Positions 1-11,400 of a DNA stretch of 64,000 bases are shown one piece after another. Every line of letters starts with the position of its first letter. Within the stretch, counting starts at the first letter, position 1. The DNA comes from Bilabrum cf. latius (lineage: Eukaryota): assembly GCA_965178125.1 (NCBI GenBank), contig OZ237751.1:806001-870000 (forward strand), written 5' to 3'. The notes under the pieces were generated by a model, which worked only from the letters and a program-made list of their open reading frames with translations, was not told the origin of the DNA and ran no database searches. The position numbers and the translations under genes are program-made.

Positions 1-55
1 ACTGCTGGTCGGGAATATCAAACCTTGCAGTCCCCTCGCCGAGATAGCCGGAATC

Positions 56-1737
56 ATGAGCAGAAACTCGCGGCAGTGGCCTGTGACAAGTTTTGGGTGT
101 TCGCCTAGGTTTGAGCCGACCAGTTATCAGCGCTCTGGCGACACGGAACCGGGACCAGAAACACGAGGCCACCTCGACTTGACTCGGTCCTCCCACAATC
201 GCGCTGTTCAAGTCGGCATGGTAAGATCATCTCGATACGTGAAACAGAACTAACATGAAGTTTCTGTGGTTCGTAGTATGTGTCGAAGGCCCATGGAAAC
301 TAGCGTGTGCCTACCATCTCCTTGTTTTTGCAGCAAGCGTTCGGCTCTTTCCAGCAAAGAGAAGTTTCTGACTACGACAAGGCGTTCCCCAAAATGCGAG
401 CTACTAGTAGGGCAGTGCATCCTTCTGATGTCATGGGCGTGCCGCAGAAGTTTGTCCAATCCATTCAACGCGGCATGGAAGCAGCCACAACCACAACCTT
501 GCGACCGCAGTCAACTTCGGCTACCGCCGCGCGGCACAGCCCGACTCACTTGCAACCAACAGTGTCGAGTGCGAGACGCCGCCAGCTCGCTGTCTCCAGG
601 CGAAGGTTCCTTGAGAGCACAGGGAGGGTGCGCCCGTCCTCGGCAGCGACCAATGCCGCCACCGCCACCGCCGGGACGAGGAGCCCGTCGTCCAGGGCCT
701 CTTCGGCCGCGGGTGACGCGGGGAGGCTGAGCTCTAGCAGCGCGTGGTTGTCGCCTGCCACGGTGCAGGGAGATGCCGGCGCTGTACCGGAACTGGAGCC
801 GAGCGAGCAGCTGCAAAGGTCGGTCTACGCCACGCAGTCAGGCGCCAACCGCCCCCACCCTCACTCGTCACACACCTTTGGCAGGATGGCGGTGGACCTG
901 GCGGCCCCCGAGGCTGAAGAGCCGGGCCCCGGGGCGTACTACCCCGAGTGGGCCGTCCCCGGGGGTGGTGGGGTGGCCACTCTGGCAGCCGACTGCTTCT
1001 CCTCTACCAGCCGAAGGTACGCCATGCGGGGCACCATTGGGTTCGGCAAGAGGTGGTGCACGGACGGAGCGAGAAATGCAGCCGTGCCTGCGGGGACTTA
1101 CGTCAGTAATGACGCAAGGGCGCATCCGAGTCCCCACAACTATGACGTCATGGGAAGTGAAGCGGCAATGAAAGCCAGGAAGGGCTGGAGGCCGCCGCCA
1201 CCAGACGCCATGCAGGCCACCAGAGCCAGGGCCAGGGTCTCAGCAATCGCCAGGAAGGCGATCGGGCTGGGGCCTGTCGCTACGGAACATGCTCCGCGCG
1301 GCGCCGCGGCTGCAGTGGTGGCAGCGCTCCCAGCCTCGCCCCTCGGCTGCATATCGCAGGATGGTGACCCGATGGAAGGCGCAGGCGGTGGGGCGGCGGG
1401 CCTTGTCACAGACACAGGCACCGGGACAGGCACAGGCACAGGCAGCGGGCGCGCCCTTGTTGATGATAAGCTGCCTGGCAAGCTGCAAGGACAGGGGGCC
1501 TGGGCGAGGCTTGGGGTGCCGGAACTGTCTTTGGCTGCAGAGAGTGATAGCAGGGGTACAGGGCCTACAAGAGTCCGCGAGACCGCTGGGAAGGGGGATG
1601 CAGCGCGTGCTGCGGCCGTTCCGGTTCCGGCCGACTCGAAGCAGGAGGAGCTGCGGCGCGTGCAGGCGGAGCTCGACCGAGCCAGGCGCGAGGTAGCGGC
1701 TTTGGAGAAGGCTATGAAGTAGAATTCGCGGTATTGA
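56..1737 (+). CDS. SHIPPO-repeat/ODF3-like (probable flagellar) protein; exons 56-220 and 277-1737
   Basis: Intron 221-276 (GTAAGA...CTAAC...TAG) joins ORF 56 to the frame of ORF 307..1722. TAGs at 301 and 1720 are read through; ends TGA 1735-1737, followed by TAA. Motifs FGCSPRF..EPGP, EPGPGAYYP and PSPHNYDV resemble SHIPPO PGPGxY repeats. Confidence 0.6.
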
Positions 1738-1839
1738 TAAGGTTATCGCGTTTCGTCATCGATTGCCCAGAATGAGCGAACCGCTGGAACGAACCTTCAT
1801 CGAATTCTTGGAAATTGCCAAAATCACATATTTGACACC

Positions 1840-2647
1840 ATGGGGTTCCTCTTCTCCAAGCCAAAGCCCCCGCCGCCTCCTGAACCATCTCCCAAAGAAA
1901 AAGCCGAGCTGGAGTTGCGACGTCAGATGGTCAAGGTTGAGAGAATAGCTAGAAAGGTAAGCAAAGTGTTACTTGGCAAATTGCAAACAGCACTGATGAG
2001 GAGCTCTAGATCGCTATGTGTTTTGCTACTGCATTCTTTGTTCACTGTAGATGGAACATGAAAGGGACAGGTTCGACGCAAAGGCGCGAGAGATGCTTCG
2101 AGCTGGCAAGCGAGACGAAGCGAAACGAGTGTTGAAGCTGAAGCAAGTTCGAGTCAAAGCAGTGAATGTGGCGCGGGAGAGTATCCACAAAATGCAATTG
2201 CTCGTAGTCAATATTGAGACGAAGCAACAACAGATTGATATGATGAAAGGCATGGAGGCTGGCACGAGTCTGCTAGAACGGCTTAACTCCGAGCTGCCAC
2301 CTGAACGGGTGGAGGAAATATTGGGTGCCAGCGAAGATGCCGTTGCTGAAGCGTGGCAAACAGCAGAAATGATCGCTTCTTCGAGTTCGGGGGAGCCTCC
2401 AATCGACGAAGCAGCGCTCAATGCTGAACTCGATGCTCTCGTCGGCGGCGTGAGCGCCGCCCCGCCTGCGGCTGCGCCGGTGGCTGCCGGTGCAGCGGCA
2501 GAAGCAGGCTCAAGAGCAGGTCAAGATGATAGTGTGGACGTTTCCAAGCTGCCCGATGCGCCAACAGAGCCTGCACAAGTCGCGGAGGCAGCAGGGGGTG
2601 CTGCGGCAGCCGAGGCAAGCAGGAGGGTCGCAGTGCCAGCCTCCTGA
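1840..2647 (+). CDS. VPS20: ESCRT-III Snf7-family protein, Vps20/CHMP6-like; exons 1840-1956 and 2051-2647
   Basis: MGFLFSK myristoylation-type N-terminus; AELELRRQ..K..R..KR.LKLK helical Snf7 pattern; acidic tail with LPDAPT. Intron 1957-2050 (GTAAGC...TGTAG, phase 0). Ends TGA. Confidence 0.85.
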
Positions 2648-2762
2648 AGAGACGCTGGGGTGCGCTTGGGTCATGAATCTATAGACAATTTGATATTAAC
2701 CAATTCATACACCATGAGATCGGTGAAATTGCACTGTCGACCTATACATTCTCACGCGCAAG

Positions 2763-5700
2763 TCAGGTGGCCAAGACTGCAGTGCCGCTGTCTGACTCAG
2801 CGGTCGCACCGACGCGCATGAGCTCGACTAGCCCTGCCTCCATCAAGCGAATCCTGCTGGATCGGAACTGGCCAGAGACTGAGAGTCTACTGGGTACCAG
2901 AACTGGTGCTTTGGATCCGGCCTCTGTCTTGGCAGCAGTAGCAGCAGCAGCAGCTGAGTGCTCTGCCACCACTTCTGCGGCACGGTTCATCTCTTTCTGG
3001 TTTTCGATCAACCGTCGGATGGCTGGGATTAGCCTGCGCGCATCTGCGGGTCTGGTGATCCGTTCATATGCAATCTCCGTCCCGTCCTCATCATATTCGT
3101 CTTCTAGGTCGTGATCTTGGTGGTGGTGGTGTTCGTGCTCGCTTCCACTGCTGCACCCCGTAGATGCCTGTGATGGTGTGCAGCAGGCCTTGTCACCGCA
3201 GGCCTTATCGCCACAGGCCTTGTCACCGCAGGCCCTATCGCCACATGCCTTGTCACCGCAGGCCTTGTCGCCACAGGCCTTGTCACCGCAGGCCTTATCG
3301 CCACAGGCCCTATCGCCACAGGCCCTATCGCCACAGGCCCTATCGCCACAGGCCCTATCGCCACAGGCCCTATCGCCACAGGCCTTGTCACCGCAGGCCT
3401 TGTCGCCACAGGCCTTGTCACCGCAGGCCTTATCGCCACAGGCCCTATCGCCACAGGCCCTATCGCCACAGGCCCTATCGCCACAGGCCCTATCGCCACA
3501 GGCCTTGTCACCGCAGGCCTTGTCGCCACAGGCCTTGTCACCGATCTCACCGCAGCAAGCCCCAGAGACAGTAACTTCTGTTTCAGATGGCAATTCAGCT
3601 GGCTTTGTGACTACCATCAGATCAACAGCAGCAGGAGGCTGGGAATACAAGGGGCACACGGTACACGCCGCTCGATCGTACCTGATTCGGCAGCCCACAA
3701 TACCATACTGGCCACCATCTGCTGAGCTGCACACAGTGCTGGCCCCGCCGGCCTCGCTGGCCCCTCCCGTGGCGATGCTTCCCAGCTCCGTGGCAGAGTC
3801 AGGCTGTTCCCCAGCGGACAATGCAACGGCTGTTCCAAACGGGACGCCTGCCGCGGCTCGCCTCAAGAGGTCTCTGTACCGGCTCTCAGCTGAGTCCATT
3901 GTCTCCAGTGCGCGTCCCAGCGGACCACCGGCGGACAGGCGGGTCTGCAGGGTCTATCGATCAAATTCATTGCCGTCATTTCCACCGCCATCACCGTCTT
4001 TCAATTGACCCGCTGTCTCATCTCCAGCCCCAGCGCCAATAGCCGCAGAACCGTCCTGATCACCGAGCACAGTCGGTAAGAAGGGCTCGAGTGCCTCCAG
4101 CACGGTGGAGCCCATGAACATGTCAACCGCCTCAGGGGGCAGCTCGGGGAGACGGGCGAGGGCATCCTCGGGGTGAAGGGAGTCCACGCCCGCGCTAAGC
4201 TCGGTGCTAGGTGCGGTGCTGCTGCCCGTGTCTGATGCCGTGGTAGCCAACGGGTCCTGCTGCCCATCATCGCCATTAAGTACCTCCTCCGGCAGCTGCA
4301 CCGCGACGAGCGAGATGAGCACGTCCTTGGGATTGCGTTCCCTTGGTACGTAACCGTACGACTCGAGGATTTCGGCCGTCGTGCGACTCCCGTAACAATG
4401 GAATACCTCTTCCTCTTCTTCTTCCTCCTGCCGGCACCCTGCTTGATCGCCTGCACCAGTGGCTGCAGAGCGACCCCCGTCTGCCAATTCATCACCCGTG
4501 CTACAAGCTGCAAGGCCGCCGGTGGTCGGATAGTCCCGCTTGCTGATCAGGTGGAACTCCCACGGGGATAGAACTGACCCTGATTTAGATTCAGCCAACT
4601 ACTCCCCAGCTCCCGTCCTCCTGTCCACGGCAGCCTGTATCTCTCGCATGCGCGCTTCCACGGTGTTTAGATGGACCAGCTTTCCGTCCTCGCCTCGCGC
4701 TACTGCGGCGTACTCGGCAGCCGCAGAGCGCGGGGGGGCAGGACCCGACCGCGCCAGTGCCTCCAGGTCATGGGGTGGGGCCTGGCCGTCGTTCCAGGGA
4801 ACTGCCTGGTCTTCATCCTCATCATCGTGCTGCTACGCCCTGGCGCGGTCCACACCAAGCTCAACGTCATCGTCATCGTCGCTGTCGTCTCCTGGGGGCG
4901 GGCACTCGTGGTTCAGGAAATCCACCAGTGGAGCCATCGCGATGCGGGGCACGTGCCTACCGAACGCCCTGGCGCCCTGCATACAGTATGCCCACATAAA
5001 ATCGGAGTGCAGCAAGTCGTCAGCCGCCTGCTGAAGGATTTCATGAACGAGAGAAAGCCCGGCAGGGACATCACCGTGCTCGCCTTTGGCCTGGCCGACG
5101 AGTTCGTCGCAGACTGCAACGGATTCTGCCATGATTGCAGCGAGTCCAATCTATTCATGAACTGCACTTCGAGTGATAGTACCGTTCGCTAGTGTCGCCA
5201 ATTCGAGTGGCGACCAAGAAACCGGGGCATCGCCGGAAGGCCAACCTGTCGGCTTCCTATCCGCCCCGGCCTCTGCAAGCCGCTCCGCGAAGTGTTTCGC
5301 AACGGCGGCACCACATTCACTCTATGTAAACCGAGCTTGCAATGCATCGCACTAGAACGGGCCGCACCCGAGCCGTATACTGGCCACAAAAGGTTGCTGG
5401 TCCAGTGTCGAGCAGCTGCACGGGATACCGGCATCCCTCTCTACAGGTGAACACTTGCCGGCAGAGGAAAGCAAAAACTACAGCGAAAGAATGGAATCTC
5501 GGTCCTCCGTGAGAGACTCGCAAAGGCTTGCAACCTTCTGCAAGGCGACGTGGGGGCACACGAGCTCTGTTGCCGAAGCTGCTGAAGCCAGCTCCATGCT
5601 GTCATCGGTGTGCGCCTCGAGCAGGCAAGCCTTTGGCAAAGCAAATATACTGTCGTTCTTCATGATTCGACGAGGACTATGAGCGGTCACAACTTTCCAC

Positions 5701-5834
5701 CCGGAAGCGTCCGAGAACTAGAAACGAATTGACGGGTGCAACGAGCCCCCGCCCTCGACCAAGCAGGAGACTAATCGATTGCCAATCAATTCAGCTGCTG
5801 GTGGTCCAATAACCATATTCGTTGAGTCGCCCAT
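2763..5834 (-). CDS. SET-domain methyltransferase (SETD3/Rubisco-LSMT-like) with C-terminal Cys pentapeptide repeat
   Basis: ORFs 5478..5690, 4833..5132, 3954..4598 and 2763..3899 share one frame and are separated only by TAG (8 in total). Motifs GGSLHPSI, IFALPKACLL, MAPLVDFLNH, EEVFHCYGSRTTAEILESYGYV. Ends TGA. Start uncertain (in-frame ATGs at 5816, 5834 and about 5912). Confidence 0.8.
3184..3543 (-). repeat. 15-bp coding minisatellite, about 24 units, encoding ACGD[K/R]
   Basis: Tandem units such as CAGGCCTTGTCACCG / CAGGCCCTATCGCCA are directly visible. Confidence 0.97.
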
Positions 5835-6037
5835 TGCCCCCTGTTTGCGCAAGACCTGGGTCAGAGTGGGCCGGAGAAGATGCCGACCTGCAGAAGTCTA
5901 CAGCGTCATCATCTTCAAAATTGGCCCAGGCCCCGAGTTTAGGAGACGGGCCCCAAGTCTGAGGGAAGTGCTGGTTTGTCGAATCTAGCAGTTTGGCAGG
6001 TGCTGACAGCACTGACACGAACGAAATCATGCACACA

Positions 6038-7444
6038 TCATGACACACCCGCACGAACCCCAGCCCCAGCCCCCGCTGCACTGGCAGGTCGCCACCTCGG
6101 AGGCACCCGAAAGTACCGCAGCCCGTGGAGCCCTTCATCCCTGCATACAACTCCAAGCTTCTCAGCGTGGAGGAGGTGGGCCTGCGCGATGGCGATGGAT
6201 ACCTTCAGCTGCATGGCCAGCATCGGCGCGGACACGTACACCTCTGTGTTGTCGCCCATCCACTCCACCAGCTGCTTGGCCACGCCGTCCTCGTCCCGTT
6301 TCGAGTCCTGCAGCACCTGCACGCCAGACGCGAGCCGCCGCAGCCGCAACCCCCGACTGCCGCCCTCCATCAGCTGGCAGGCCTTCAGCAGATCCTCCGG
6401 GGACACGAGATCTGTCCCTCTCGCCCTGTTATACAGGCAGTAGAGGTCGGTCAGCGGGAGCAGCCCACCAGATCCATCCATGAGCGGCAGCGCGAACTCC
6501 GCCACCTGGGTCGACAGCTCCCTGTGGAACCGATCGCCTGCAACCTCGCGAGTGACTGGATTCACGAGGCAGAGCCCCTCCACTGCGGTTGCAACCTTGT
6601 CGTCGTGCGCGCTCGAGGCTTCCCCAGCGATCTGGGACGCTGCGCCCGACCGCCCGGCCCCTGCCGCCGCGGCTTTGGTGCTTCGCCTCGTCCTAGCGTA
6701 CTGCTGGGCCAGCACTGCCACCTCTTTTGCCATGCGCATGAGGCTCGAAAGGTCTCTGAACGCTTCACCTGCAACGCTAGATTCTAGCTGCAGCCTGGCA
6801 CGGTGCTGGTGGCGGATGCGGCCCATCCCCACGGCGGCGCCTTCGGCTTCGCCTGCAGCGATCGCTGCGGCCTCCGCCTCCGAGGCTAAGTCTTCGCGAG
6901 ACACAGTGATCCACGCCTTGCGTTCAACGGCAGTCATGAGGAAACCGAGAAACTCTTCGACGTCGCCCTCAACAAAGCTTATCTTCATGTCGAGTGGCAC
7001 GGTAAGATGCTTCGGGAGGCTTGTGAAGACGTGAGATTGATTCGGATGGACTGCGCTGGACGCAGCAGCGTCGGCAGCGACACTGCTGCTTGCCATAAGC
7101 TCGGCCTCCATTGCTTTCTTGAGTTCGTCACTGGCCCTTGCTCTGAATCGAAGGCGTGGGTGGCTGAACAGCGCCAAGAAACTGGGCCGTTCCGATTCAA
7201 ACTTGTCCAAGGTGGCTAGCTACCAAGCCATCGACACGTCTTTCAAGGATTCATTCACATAAACGATTCGGTGGGTAGTCAGCAGCAGCCATCCTCCCCG
7301 TCGGGAAGGATCTTTCACGCCCTTCAGGTATAGGTGCACCGTCGGGGCTTTGCAATACGCCGTCTCTCCATCGAGATAAATGAGCCCACCACTATCATCA
7401 AATTGAACACTTTCTGCCTGATAGAAATGACCAGGTGTTGACAT
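6038..7444 (-). CDS. VPS36: ESCRT-II subunit Vps36/EAP45
   Basis: The GLUE domain (G.LLLTTHRIVY ... FSHPRL) is interrupted by one TAG at 7220-7222. The C-terminal half has GMGRI, EAFRDLSSLMRMAKEV, NPVTRE, GGLLPLTDLYCLYNRARGTDLVSPEDLLKAC and CRDEGLHGLRYF. Ends TGA. Confidence 0.95.
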
Positions 7445-7556
7445 GCCACGGCTAAATTGAATCTGTCAGCCGAGTACGACCTGGAACTGTGGAACGTTCG
7501 GTACCGCGGTTCGGTGGGATCGTCTGTGTGGGGCGTTTTCATAGTTTTCTCTTGCA

Positions 7557-8426
7557 ATGGGGTGTGGTACTTCCACTGCCGCGACGCAGCGAAACATGAA
7601 TTCAGCTGATATTGATCGCATGCTTAAGGGCACTAGGACGCATGGGGGTCTGAACGTTGCGGGGTGCGGGTTGGAAGCCCTTCCACCGCAGCTTGTGGAG
7701 ACTTCGGTCACGTCTAGAATGAAAATCGTTGATGTCAGCAACAACATGCTAGAACAAATTCCCGATGAATTCGTTCAGGCCCCAAGAATGACGAGGCTGA
7801 ACGCCTCGACAAATCGACTGGAGGCCTTGCCGATTCTGCTCGGCAAGGAAGCACCGAAACTTGAGGTGCTGGACCTCCACTCGAACGCGCTTCTGAGAAG
7901 CCTGCCTAGAGAACTGCCTCCCATGCTTCGCGAGATCAACATTTCGGGCTGCCCTTTGACGGAGATGCCCGGGTGCGTCCTGGCGTGCACTCGCCTTCGC
8001 CATCTGAGTGCAAACAACTGCGGGATCTCTGGCCTGCCAGCAGGTTTAGAACGACTTGGAAAGCTCGAGCAGTTGCATCTCGACGACAATAACATTCAAT
8101 CGCTTGCTGGCATAAAGAGCTGGAAGACCCTCAAGGGCCTCTAGGTGGTGTCTCTGCGATACAACCGGATCGGATCTGCAGACGGTGGTGCAGCGGCGGT
8201 TGGTGGAGGTGCCACCAAATCATCCCTCCGAGTCGCTCTGCCTTCTGGGCTCTTCCTCGACACGGCGCTGCACATGCTGAGGCTGGATGGGAACGGGCTG
8301 CAGTCCGGGCAGCTGCTTGATTTGGAGGGTTTTGATGCGTTCCTACAGCGCCGCAAGTAGCGGATCGACAAGTCGATCGGGGCCGGAGGGGCGGCGGATG
8401 CTGAGGCGATTTGCGGGGTGGAGTGA
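7557..8426 (+). CDS. Leucine-rich repeat protein, LRRC57-like
   Basis: MGCGTS acylation motif, tandem LRRs, C-terminal LEGFDAFLQRRK*RIDK like the LRRC57 family. TAGs at 8142 (inside an LRR) and 8358 are read through. Ends TGA 8424-8426. Confidence 0.8.
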
Positions 8427-8499
8427 CGGCTGGGCGGTTGAAATTGTTTCAATCATCAACAGGGTAACCTTGAATTCACGCAACCCTTACTTTCAATAT

Positions 8500-11400
8500 T
8501 CAATGATATCCCCACTGGTCATGTCGAACCCACTTTACTTGCTAGCTAGTGCCTCCCGCACGAAATGTAGACGAATGTGTTGCCGTCCTGGTTGCCATAC
8601 CCTGCATCGAATGCGACGGGTACCCCATCGCCCCAGGTGGTACCATCCTTGGCACTGGCATACCACCCAGTGGCATTCCAGAGGACATGCGTTGCCCCGG
8701 CATACCACCCATTGGCATTCCAGAGGACATGCGTTGCCCCGGCATACCACCCGTTGGAAAACCAGAGGCCATGCGTGGCCCCGGCATACCACCCAGTGGC
8801 ATTCCAGAGGACATGCGTTGCCCCGGCATACCACCCATTGGAAAACCAGAGGCCATGCGTTGCCCCGGCATACCACCCAGTGGCATGTCAGAGGCCATGC
8901 GTTGCCCCGGCATACCACCCAGTGGCATGTCAGAGGACATGCGTGGCCCCGGCATACCACCCAGTGGCATTCCAGAGGACATGCGTTGCCCCGGCATACC
9001 ACCCATTGGAAAACCAGAGGCCATGCGTTGCCCCGGCATACCACCCATTGGAAAACCAGAGACCATGCGTTGCCCCGGCATACCACCCGTTGGAAAACCA
9101 GAGACCATGCGTTGCCCCGGCATACCACCCGTTGGAAAACCAGAGACCATGCGTTGCCCACCCATTGGAAAACCCGATACCATGCGTTGCCCCTGCGGCT
9201 TGAACCAACTAGTGCGCAGCCTGCGAAGGTCTAGATTCGTGGTATGCTGATGACTGGAGGATGCGCTGTGAGCACCAGCACTTTGCCGCGTTACACCTGG
9301 AATTGAAAAGGAAGTGGATGCCGTAGGACCCTTCGTTGGGCTTGGGCTGGTAGCGGCAGGTTCAAGCAGTCGGCGTGTTCCATCGTCAATGGTGTCTTTG
9401 AATGCAGGATCCTCAAGGCAGGCCTCCGCGTATTCTTGAACCATACAGGCAATTGCCACCACGCTGTCATGCTCTCCACCCAGCCTAATCGCTTCCTTCG
9501 CTACTTCAACAGCCGCTTGGAATCTGCTGTTCTTGAAGTACGCCTTGGCAAGATCAGAGAGTCCCTCTGAAGTCAGTTGATGCCTCGGACCAAGCATTTC
9601 TTTGCAGGTTGCCACGTGCTTCTCCATTGCTTCCACGTACTCGTCAAGTTGCCCCATTGCCAAATGGCACTTGGCGGCTTGCTTCAGCGCACCGACAAAC
9701 CCGTCAATATCAAAGACCCGAGGCGCTGTGCTAACTGTCGCAGCTTGAAACCAGTGTAGGGCATCCTTGTGCTTGCCCTGTTCCAGCAACTCCTACCCAA
9801 GGATCCAACAAATCCAACAGTACAGCCCATGATCCTTGCCAAGCGCGGCCCCGGTGGTAGCTGCCAGCTGCTCGAGGGCACGCAAGCCACGTTCCCATGT
9901 ATCTTTTGATGAGCATAGCGAGGCGCATCGGTACCGCTGTACGTATACGTAGGAGAGCCACTCAGACTCACTCTACGGCAAGGCTTGGTCTCGCGCCAGT
10001 CTCTGTACCTCCTGGTCCATGCCTAGGTCCAGGCAGCTCTTGGTGTACATGATTAAGGCGCGCCTCTTGACGTCGCCACACCCTGAGCGAAGGATGAGCT
10101 CCGATAGGGCCATGCACGGCCCTGGAAGCTCCAGGAGATCAAACTGTTCGCAGCAGCTCTATATCATGAAATCACGAGCGGTAGAGTCTGTTTGGTCACG
10201 TGAAGGCACTGTGAGCACACTTGCTAGCCTAGCCAGTGCCTGCCTGGTTTCAGATTTCAACACCCCCTAATTTTGCTGACCAGCCGATGCTAACTGCATG
10301 AGCAGGTCCTGTTCGGCTGTACCATTGACCCGCTGCATATGTGCCAGCTCTGCAAGCAGAGACCTGTAGGCCTGCATGGCTTCAACCTCGTTGAAATCCT
10401 CCCCTGCTGTGAACATGCTCGAGCCTGCCTCTATAGCGTGACGCAGTCCAACAATATCGTTCGTCAAAGCCCAATTCGCATCCCTCGGCTCGGTTTCGTC
10501 CAACCAAAAGATCTAGCTCCATCGGAATGCCTGGCTGCGGCTCGGCTGCGAGATACCCCATTCAACAAGATCGTGTATGCCTCGGGCTGCGAAGCTCCTG
10601 GCGTTGACGCAGGCATCTTCCAGCGCTCGCCGCACGTTCGGAGGGATGAATGGCCTGTCGCCGCTTGGAGGAGAAACCCTGAGATTATCGCAAGCTGCCT
10701 CAGTCGCTGTCCACAGTGAGGAAGCCGACGTTGAGCGAAGAGAAGGCAAGCAGCACGCAAGGAGCATAGGCTTAGGGATCCTAGCCTTACCTGCCTGACG
10801 TGCCTCCCGATCAATTGCTCCGATAGTACGCAAGCCGAGCCCGAATCGCTTGAGAACTGCCTTTGCTGCCACGCGCAACGATCGAATGAATTTCGTGTCG
10901 AATGGCTGCTCAACCTGCTCAACATTTGATCGCTTCGACGCAAGAGTCACATAGGCTGCCTCCAATTGTTGGTGTACCTCAAGCAGTCGATCTGGCGCCA
11001 TGATGGCGAGATTTACGCTTAACACGCGTCTCTTAAATTCGTCATCGGGGTCATGACCAGCAGCTAAGGTGCAGTCAGGGCTGACCCGGGGTAGCGGATG
11101 CCCATCCAGGCCCTTCAACTATCTTGCCACGCTGGCTGCTTCCGGCGGCATCATGCACGTCAGCGACGGCAAATCGCCCCAATACCACTGCGGGCACGAC
11201 ACCACGTACACCACCTTACCCTTGGTGGGATAGTCCGAGGTCAGCAGCACGATGCCGGCCCCGCGATGGAGGGAACCGATCTTGAAGGACGCAGCTGCAT
11301 CAGCAAGTTCGGCTGCAGTCGCCCATTCTCGTATAGATTCAATCAGCAGGTCAGCTGCGGGTATCTCCTCCCGCCTGCTCGATCCGCTGGTCGGCCATAG

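Noticed and set aside
3184-9193. Tandem arrays as CRISPR loci
   Set aside because: No unique spacers and no cas genes; both arrays are in-frame coding repeats in eukaryotic genes.
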